Shown here: positions 57,312 through 64,000 of the stretch, piece after piece
How positions within the stretch are numbered: position 1 is the first letter of the stretch
Layout: the number at the start of each line of letters is the position of its first letter
NCBI GenBank assembly: GCA_964384235.1
Contig: CAYLJX010000003.1
Span: 72,389 to 136,388 of the forward strand
Reading direction: 5' to 3'
Source of the DNA: an uncultured Bdellovibrionales bacterium
GTDB lineage: Bacteria; Patescibacteriota; Minisyncoccia; Moranbacterales; UBA1568
Length of the DNA: 64,000 bases
Notes under the pieces: model-generated
Database searches by the model: none
The model's input: the letters and a program-made list of their open reading frames with translations, nothing else
Told to the model about the DNA's origin: nothing
Made by a program: the position numbers and the translations under genes

Positions 57312-58505
57312 ATGGACTTCTCTCACGATATCGCGCTCTTCGCCCGGACCAATGCCAGGCGAAGCTTCCAGCCCTTCGGCCTCCGTCAGGCCGACCGCCT
57401 GTTTCACCTGTATGCCATAGGGAAGACGGGAACGGGCAAGTCGACCCTCCTCGAGACGCTCGCCCTTCAGGACATGCGCGCGGGCCGCGGATTGGCCGTC
57501 ATCGATCCCCATGGCGACTTGGTGCTACGCCTCAAGAAGGCGATGCCGCCCTCGCGCCGAGACGATCTGCTTTTCTTCGACGTCCCGGATGTCTCCCAAG
57601 CCTTCGGCTACAACCCGCTGCGCAAGGTGCGGCCCGACAAGATTCCCCTGGCCGCCTCGGGACTCCTGGAGGCCTTCAAGAAGCTCTGGACGGATGCCTG
57701 GGGCGTACGCATGGAGCATGTCCTGCGCAATGCTCTCTTCGCGCTCCTCGAATACGGAGAGGCGACCCTTCCGGACATCCTTCGCCTCATGACGGACAAC
57801 GCCTTCCGATACCGCGTGTCAGCGACGCTCACCAACGAACAGGTGAAGGCCTTCTGGCAGAACGAGTTCCCCAAGTACCACCCTCGCTACCGCCAGGAGA
57901 GCATCGCTCCCATCCAGAACAAGGTCGGCGCCTTCCTGGCCGATCCCAGGCTCTACCGGATCTTCACGGCTCCTCCCGTCGATCTGCGTTTCCGCAGAGT
58001 CATGGACGAGGGGAAGATCCTCCTCGTCAATCTCTCCAAGGGACAACTCGGCGAAGACAGCGCCTCGCTCCTCGGGGCTCTCCTCGTCACGACGCTCTCC
58101 TTGGCGGCCTTCTCCCGGGCGGATATGCCGGAAGCGGAGCGGAAGCCTTTCTTCATCTTCGTCGACGAATTTCAGTCGTTCACGACCCTTTCGGTGGCCG
58201 GGATGATCTCGGAATTGCGTAAGTACAACGTGGGGCTCGTCCTCGCCAACCAGCACCTCCACCAGCTCGAGCCCGATGTCCGGCACGCGGTCCTGGGGAA
58301 CGTGGGAACGCTCGTCGTCTTCCGGGTCGGCCCTGAGGATGCCCGCTTCCTCGCCCATGAGTTCGAGGGAAGCTTCTCGCCCTTCGACCTCATGAGCCTC
58401 GCCAACCATGACATCTACCTTCGCCTCATAATCGACGGGACTCCCAGCCCGCCCTTCAGCGCGACCACCATCAAGCCAGATGATCTTGATCGCTTGAGGA
58501 TGTGA
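57312..58505 (+). CDS. TrwB/TraD(VirD4)-like HerA-FtsK superfamily ATPase, no TM anchor
   Basis: Walker A GKTGTGKS, IDPHGD, Walker B FVDEFQ, LRKY...ANQ. Confidence 0.9.
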   Translation: MDFSHDIALFARTNARRSFQPFGLRQADRLFHLYAIGKTGTGKSTLLETLALQDMRAGRGLAVIDPHGDLVLRLKKAMPPSRRDDLLFFDVPDVSQAFGYNPLRKVRPDKIPLAASGLLEAFKKLWTDAWGVRMEHVLRNALFALLEYGEATLPDILRLMTDNAFRYRVSATLTNEQVKAFWQNEFPKYHPRYRQESIAPIQNKVGAFLADPRLYRIFTAPPVDLRFRRVMDEGKILLVNLSKGQLGEDSASLLGALLVTTLSLAAFSRADMPEAERKPFFIFVDEFQSFTTLSVAGMISELRKYNVGLVLANQHLHQLEPDVRHAVLGNVGTLVVFRVGPEDARFLAHEFEGSFSPFDLMSLANHDIYLRLIIDGTPSPPFSATTIKPDDLDRLRM

Positions 58506-58551
58506 GGCGCATACTCTCATGCGCTTTCCATAGGTTTCAGAGGGGGGGGAC

Positions 58552-59064
58552 ATGGGACACGCCAAGCCGACGGAGATCTTGTCGCACTGGAACACCCGCG
58601 TCGACGGCATGCAGCAGTCGTCCCACGAGTTTTACGGAGCGGTCGAACGCACCCTCGATACGCATAGTCTCAAGGACTACAAGACAGAGCGCGTGAACAT
58701 CTCGGAAGGCGGCATCTTCTCCTCGAAGCGCGAGTACCTCCAGGTGCGCCGCGCCGACATCGTCTTCCACATCTGCGCTGCGCCGTATGGCAACGGCTTC
58801 TTCCTCTCCTGGTGGCTCGGACGGATCGAGTCGGGCTTCTGGGCCTGGATCTCCGACATTCCGGTGATCGGCATGCTCGCGCAGAATTTCTTGAAACCCC
58901 TCACCTACTACAAGCTCGACACCGCCGCGATGTTCCAAGGCGTGGTCCATTCCGTCGTCCTCGAAGTCCTCGACGGCCTGACGACGGAGAAGGGCATCCG
59001 GGCGCTGGCTGAGAGCGAACGGAGGCCCGTCATGCGCGACTTCTTCGCCCGCCTCGGAGGCTAA
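58552..59064 (+). CDS. Hypothetical protein between the two ATPases
   Basis: 170 aa, G-rich SD, Trp-rich hydrophobic patch FFLSWW...FWAWI. Confidence 0.8.
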   Translation: MGHAKPTEILSHWNTRVDGMQQSSHEFYGAVERTLDTHSLKDYKTERVNISEGGIFSSKREYLQVRRADIVFHICAAPYGNGFFLSWWLGRIESGFWAWISDIPVIGMLAQNFLKPLTYYKLDTAAMFQGVVHSVVLEVLDGLTTEKGIRALAESERRPVMRDFFARLGG

Positions 59065-59079
59065 CGCCGGTCTCCGAGC

Positions 59080-62000
59080 ATGTCCGGCCTCTCGCCTGCG
59101 GAAATCATCACCACGAGCTTCTATGCGTGGGAGGTACGCGGGCGCGGGTGGCAGGTAGCGGACTATCCCGTCTGCCTTGAGCCGCCGTTTCGGCATTGCT
59201 TCGTCCTGCCCGATCTCGTCGCGGAAACGAAGCCGATCGATGACGGAAAACGGCCGACGTTCCTCAGTTCCGTGGTCGAGGGCCTGCGGAGCGCCTTCGC
59301 GCTCGACGCCACCCCTGCGCCCGAGCCCGCCCCACCGTACGAGGAACCAGCCCCCTATCCGGCACTTGCGTCCGGACCGCTCACCGCGTTTTGCGTGACG
59401 GTGCCGATGGATCACAAGAGCCATCCGGAAACGACAATCCGCCTTCTCGTCGCGCTGTCGACCTGCTGCTTCCCCGTGTCCCTCGAACTCATCGGCTGCG
59501 AAGGCCAGGTCATCATCCAACTGGTCTGCGCCGACACCGACCAGGCGCATGTGGCCGCGCAGTGCCTCGCCTACCTTCCCGACGCTGCGGTCATCGAAAC
59601 CGAGGACCTCCTTGCGAGCGTCTGGGATCGACGGCGGGAGCACGCCGTCGTCGATTTCGGGCTCTCTCAGGAATTCTTTCTGCCGTTTGATGGACTGAAG
59701 AGCCAGAAGCTCGACCCGTACCTCTCCCTTGTTCCCTCCCTCGCCAGGGCGGATCGAGACGAGGCGATCCTCCTACAGGTCCTCTTCCAAGGCGTCCAGA
59801 ATCCGTGGGGCAAGGCTATCCGCGACGCCCTCGATGATGGCCAGGGCGGTTCTGTGTTCGCGGACGCCCCAGCATTTCCCCGGCTGGCCGATGAGAAGCT
59901 GAAGACCTCCCTCTTTGCCGTCTCGGTCCGTGTCGCCGCACAGGCACAGGAGGCGGAACGAGCGTGGCACTTGGCCCGTTCGACCGGCGCCTTTTTCCTC
60001 CAATTGGGCCGACCCGGAGCCAATGAACTCCTCCCGCTTGAGAACGACGGCTACCGAGAGGATCTTCATGTCGAAGCCATCCTCACGCGGCAGTCGTACC
60101 GCCTTGGGATGATCCTCTCGGCCGACGAGTTGGCGGCGCTCGCCCATCTTCCCGATGCCGCGGTCCGTCATCCGTCCCTCACGCGGGAGGAGCGGCGGAC
60201 GAAGCCTCTTCCCGTCGAAGCCTCCGGACATCCCCATGTCCTCGGCGAAAACCAGCACCGCGGGAAGATGTCCGTCGCGTCGCTCAGTGATGGGCAGCGG
60301 CTCCAGCACACCTGGATAGTCGGCGCCTCCGGGACGGGAAAGTCGACGCTTCTCCTGAACCTCATCACTGAGGACATTCGGCTCGGTCATGGTGTCGCGG
60401 TGCTGGATCCGCACGGCGACCTGATCGACGACATCTTGGCGCGGGTGCCAGACAGCCGCACGAGCGATGTCATCGTCTTCGACCCGAGCGATACTGAGTG
60501 GCCCATCGGATTCAATATCTTCTCAGCCGGAAGCGAGGGCGAGCGGGCGCTCTTGGCTGCCGATCTCGTCGGGATCTTCCGGCGGTTCTCGACATCTTGG
60601 GGCGACACCATGAGCGCGGTGCTCGGGAACGCGGTCCTCGCGATCCTCGAGCACCCGCAGGGTGGGACGCTGCTCGACCTCAGGCGGCTCCTCGTCGATG
60701 AGCGCTTCCGCCGCGCGTACCTGGAGGACGTGGCGGACGAGGAGGTCGCCTTCTTCTGGTCGCGCGAGTACCCCGTGATCGGCTCACGTTCGATCGGCCC
60801 GATCCTGACCCGGCTTGACACCTTCCTGCGGCCCAAGGTCATTCGGCATATCGTCGGACAGCCGGATGGGAAGCTCCATTTCTCCGACGTCATGGCGTCG
60901 AAGCGCATCTTTCTCGCGAAGCTCTCCCATGGCCTCATCGGCGAGGAGAATGCCTACCTCCTCGGCAGCCTCATCGTGGGAAAGTTTCTCGGACTCGCGC
61001 TCGCGCGGCAGCAGCTCGCGAAGGATGAACGCGCCGCCTTCTTCCTGTATGCCGACGAGTTTCAGCACTTCCTCACGCCCTCCATGGAAACGCTGCTCAC
61101 GGCGGCGCGAAAGTACGCGCTTGGGGCAACGCTCGCCCATCAGACGATGGCGCAGCTCCGGGACTCGCCCAAGGTGGAAGGCGCGCTTCTCGGCAACGCC
61201 TACACGCGCATCGTCTTCCGAACCGGGGAAAGCGATGCGCGGCAGCTGGCCGAGGGGTTTTCCTTCTTTGAGGGGCGCGACATCCACGGTCTGGGACGGG
61301 GCGAGGCGATCGCCCGGCTCGGATCGAGCGGAAATGACTTCAACCTGAAAACGCTGCCGCTCCCCGGCGTGCCGCCTGGGGCGGAGGAGCGGCGCTCCCA
61401 GATCATCTTCCGCTCGCGCGAGCGCTACGGGACGCCGATCGAAGCGCTGCGGGCGCTCCTCGGGGCACGGTACAGAGCAAGCGAGGAACCGGCCGAAGCG
61501 AAGCCGAGGCCGCCGCTCGAGGAGGCACCGCCCGCGCTCTCGGGTGCGGGAGAGCCGATCGCCGCTTCCTGTGAGACACCACGGGCAAGCGTTCCGGAAC
61601 CAAAGACCGGTGAGCAACTGATGGCGCGCCGGGTACCGATCAATGTCGCAGCGGTCACCCCGGGACGGGGCGGGCAGGAGCACAAATACCTCCAGCACCT
61701 CGTGAAACGCTTGGCCGAAGAGCGCGGTTTCCGCGCCACGATTGAAGAGGCCGCGGGAGATGGCCGGGCAGACGTGGTACTGAGCAAGAGTACGCAGCGA
61801 ATCGCCTGCGAGATCTCAGTGACGACGGACCATATCCACGAGGAAGAGAACTTGAGGAAGTGCCTCGCGGCCGGATTCGAACAGATCGTCTTTGTCGTAC
61901 CCGACCGGAAACGAAGGGAGAAACTGAAAGGACATTTTCAGGAGATTGCCGGAATCGACTCGTTGGCGGTGATATCGACGGAGGAGATCGTCGCGTACCT

Positions 62001-62160
62001 CGACGGGCTGGATACCGGATCGGCCGTGGCCGAATCGACCGTGCGAGGCTACAAGGTGAAAGTCACGCGGCAGACGGTCTCGCCAGAGGAGCTGGCCGGA
62101 AGGCGCTCGGCCATCGCCGAGGTGATCGCCCGGTCGCTCCTCAAACACAAGGACGTTTGA
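59080..62160 (+). CDS. Large TrwB/TraD-like ATPase with C-terminal PD-(D/E)xK-like domain
   Basis: Walker A GASGTGKS, DPHGD, YADEFQ, ARKY...AHQ; Pro-rich linker; EH...GRADVVL...IACEIS. Confidence 0.88.
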   Translation: MSGLSPAEIITTSFYAWEVRGRGWQVADYPVCLEPPFRHCFVLPDLVAETKPIDDGKRPTFLSSVVEGLRSAFALDATPAPEPAPPYEEPAPYPALASGPLTAFCVTVPMDHKSHPETTIRLLVALSTCCFPVSLELIGCEGQVIIQLVCADTDQAHVAAQCLAYLPDAAVIETEDLLASVWDRRREHAVVDFGLSQEFFLPFDGLKSQKLDPYLSLVPSLARADRDEAILLQVLFQGVQNPWGKAIRDALDDGQGGSVFADAPAFPRLADEKLKTSLFAVSVRVAAQAQEAERAWHLARSTGAFFLQLGRPGANELLPLENDGYREDLHVEAILTRQSYRLGMILSADELAALAHLPDAAVRHPSLTREERRTKPLPVEASGHPHVLGENQHRGKMSVASLSDGQRLQHTWIVGASGTGKSTLLLNLITEDIRLGHGVAVLDPHGDLIDDILARVPDSRTSDVIVFDPSDTEWPIGFNIFSAGSEGERALLAADLVGIFRRFSTSWGDTMSAVLGNAVLAILEHPQGGTLLDLRRLLVDERFRRAYLEDVADEEVAFFWSREYPVIGSRSIGPILTRLDTFLRPKVIRHIVGQPDGKLHFSDVMASKRIFLAKLSHGLIGEENAYLLGSLIVGKFLGLALARQQLAKDERAAFFLYADEFQHFLTPSMETLLTAARKYALGATLAHQTMAQLRDSPKVEGALLGNAYTRIVFRTGESDARQLAEGFSFFEGRDIHGLGRGEAIARLGSSGNDFNLKTLPLPGVPPGAEERRSQIIFRSRERYGTPIEALRALLGARYRASEEPAEAKPRPPLEEAPPALSGAGEPIAASCETPRASVPEPKTGEQLMARRVPINVAAVTPGRGGQEHKYLQHLVKRLAEERGFRATIEEAAGDGRADVVLSKSTQRIACEISVTTDHIHEEENLRKCLAAGFEQIVFVVPDRKRREKLKGHFQEIAGIDSLAVISTEEIVAYLDGLDTGSAVAESTVRGYKVKVTRQTVSPEELAGRRSAIAEVIARSLLKHKDV

Positions 62161-62571
62161 TAGCGACTCGCGGATCGGACGGCTGGCAAAGAAGTTTCAT
62201 TGAAGATCCTTTCTCTCGCATTGACGGGCACTGCGTCTTTGGCAGGACGGGCAGTGGCCAATGTCTTGGCCGCCATTGCCGCTCAGATCCATCAAGCAGA
62301 ACGGCACAGTCCCGCCTCGAGGAGCTATGTGCGTGATCTTTCGGTACTACAACGAAGGATCCGTTACCTCCACGTTGGCGCCGCTTGCTGCCAGCACTGC
62401 CCAAGAAGCGTGAATCCCATGGCAGGCGACAACGGTCCGTCAAGTTCGAAAGCATTTTTTATAGACCACGATCGTTTCCTGTTCAATAGATCGAATGCCA
62501 GATACCACAAGGCATGCGAGAGCCATATGCTGTTCGTCCAACAGCCTCGGCGTTCATTGGAAGGTCCGCCC

Positions 62572-63420
62572 ATGCCGCAAGCCATCGTCCTTACGCCGTC
62601 GCAACTGGAAAATCCCGACCTCGGGCAACCGCATCGGTGGGAGTTCTTCGACCGACATTACCTGGCCGAAGGAGATTCGTGGTTCACTTTGGCAGCGCTC
62701 CCCGGCGGAAACCTTCTCCAGGAGCTGCATCTACAGCGATCGTCACTGGTTATCAATACCGCCTCCCCGGGAGACACGCTCTCCCATATCGTCGAATGGC
62801 GCCAAAACCGCCCGTTTGTAAAGCTACTGTCCGAACGCAAGTTTGCACAAAAATGGGATGGGGTGCTCCTGAGCGCGGGCGGCAATGACCTCATTGATGC
62901 CGCAATTTCTCGAGACGGCATCCTCCGCCGTCCGAGCCCGACGGCAACCACCGCAGGTGAGTGCATTCACGATGAGAATCTTGAATTATTGAAACGCCAT
63001 CTGTCGTTCCATCTTGAACAGATCATAGAACTCCGCGACGCTCGGAAGAGCCCCAACCAGGGCATACCGGTCTTTCTCCACACGTACGACTATCCCACTG
63101 CGAGGCCGGCGCCCGCGAAGCTCGTTGGCGTGGTAGGCGTTTCCGGACCGTGGCTGCATCGCGCGTACACAGAACACCATATCCCCGATGCATTATGGTC
63201 ACCTTTGACAGAGCATCTGATCGACTGGCTGGCCAGATTGCTTCAGGAACTGAAGCTTCCAAATGTAACCGTTATCGATACGAGAGGGACACTCGAGCGA
63301 GCTGCTGCGGGAACAACTGGAGACAGCGGTGACTGGCTCAACGAGATCCATGCGAATCAAGGCGGCCGGAAGAAGCTTGCGAAACGGTGGGCGCAGGACT
63401 TGCATCGCATTGTCGGATAG
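62572..63420 (+). CDS. SGNH/GDSL-type hydrolase (GDSWF subfamily), paralog of 52680-53489
   Basis: AEGDSWF, SAGGND, HTYDYP, GPWL, DWLNEIHA; start set to MPQAIV. Confidence 0.85.
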   Translation: MPQAIVLTPSQLENPDLGQPHRWEFFDRHYLAEGDSWFTLAALPGGNLLQELHLQRSSLVINTASPGDTLSHIVEWRQNRPFVKLLSERKFAQKWDGVLLSAGGNDLIDAAISRDGILRRPSPTATTAGECIHDENLELLKRHLSFHLEQIIELRDARKSPNQGIPVFLHTYDYPTARPAPAKLVGVVGVSGPWLHRAYTEHHIPDALWSPLTEHLIDWLARLLQELKLPNVTVIDTRGTLERAAAGTTGDSGDWLNEIHANQGGRKKLAKRWAQDLHRIVG

Positions 63421-63480
63421 AAGCAGCCTTTCGGGGCGAATCGACACGCGTGCGATTAGAGGTTGGAAGAGGAAGTCGAT

Positions 63481-63945
63481 ATGACAGAAGACGATCACAA
63501 ACGCGAGCGTGAATCGTTTGCGGCCATCATCGAGAGTCTTGAGAAATCAGTGAGGGCACACCGTACAGGCATAGATGGCTGGCTGTACAACGGCGGGACC
63601 GTCGTTACCCTGGTCTTGATGGCGACCGTCTCGATTCTGTCCGGGAAAATCTTCCCGACGGACACGTTTGCAGAATGGATGGCACCAATGCTTTCGGCGA
63701 CGGCGGGCCTGGTCGTCGCGCTCGAACGGTCATTGGGATTTGGGCAACGTTGGCGGTTTCACACCGAGATGAAAGCAGGCTATGTCACTGTGATTGACAT
63801 GATCCAGTTCTACTTTGCGCTTCCTCAGGATGAGCTAGAACAACGTGCCAAGCTCCGTGTGGAAATTTGGCAGTCATTGAACGCATTGCGCAGTCGTGAA
63901 TCGGCTATACCCAACTCCGGTGGAGCCGTATCCGGTGGAGCCTGA
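63481..63945 (+). CDS. SLATT/DUF4231-like two-TM protein
   Basis: Two TM helices followed by ALERSLGFGQRWRFH and a helical tail. Confidence 0.7.
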   Translation: MTEDDHKRERESFAAIIESLEKSVRAHRTGIDGWLYNGGTVVTLVLMATVSILSGKIFPTDTFAEWMAPMLSATAGLVVALERSLGFGQRWRFHTEMKAGYVTVIDMIQFYFALPQDELEQRAKLRVEIWQSLNALRSRESAIPNSGGAVSGGA

Positions 63946-64000
63946 TCTCTTGACCCAGAACAACGCACCTCAAAGCGGTTCGTGGAACTGCATGCGTTGG

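Larger units (their letters stand above)
51398..64000. mobile_element. Integrated genomic island (right end outside window)
   Basis: tRNA fragment at left edge; RadC and TraD/TrwB-like ATPases; switch to SD-led genes lacking the host -1 T; host repeat families absent. Confidence 0.75.

Noticed and set aside
62200-62571. N-terminal extension of the second SGNH ORF (406 aa in track)
   Set aside because: No counterpart in the paralog; an SD-like GGAAGG precedes ATG 62572

Overview
Bases 1 to ~51,400 are the core chromosome of a reduced-genome bacterium, most likely Patescibacteria/CPR (Parcubacteria-like; inferred from gene content, split ComEC, mini-TsaB and no Shine-Dalgarno sites on core genes). 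Genes run almost all on the minus strand and include tuf (partial), fusA, rpsG, rpsL, rpmB, tRNA-Pro, ndk, comEC, nrdR, ftsZ/A, ybeY, rpsU, hisS, lepB, pth, rplY, gyrB, efp, rpsR/ssb/rpsF, recA, ftsK and rpoC/B. The intergenic DNA holds several dispersed palindromic repeat families with compensatory base changes, 7-8-nt tandem arrays, two stand-alone small-RNA candidates with their own promoter and terminator, and orphan genes with a shared boxA-like leader. At ~51,398 an orphan tRNA 3' fragment marks the start of a foreign-looking island that runs off the window. Its backbone is RadC plus two TrwB/TraD(VirD4)-like ATPases, one fused to a PD-(D/E)xK-like domain, with a small gene between them. 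Its cargo is two paralogous GDSWF SGNH hydrolases, a trypsin-like protease with a secreted partner, and a SLATT-like 2TM protein. The island is the best candidate for an undescribed transfer/conflict system. All family calls come from motifs recognised by eye; no database searches were run.
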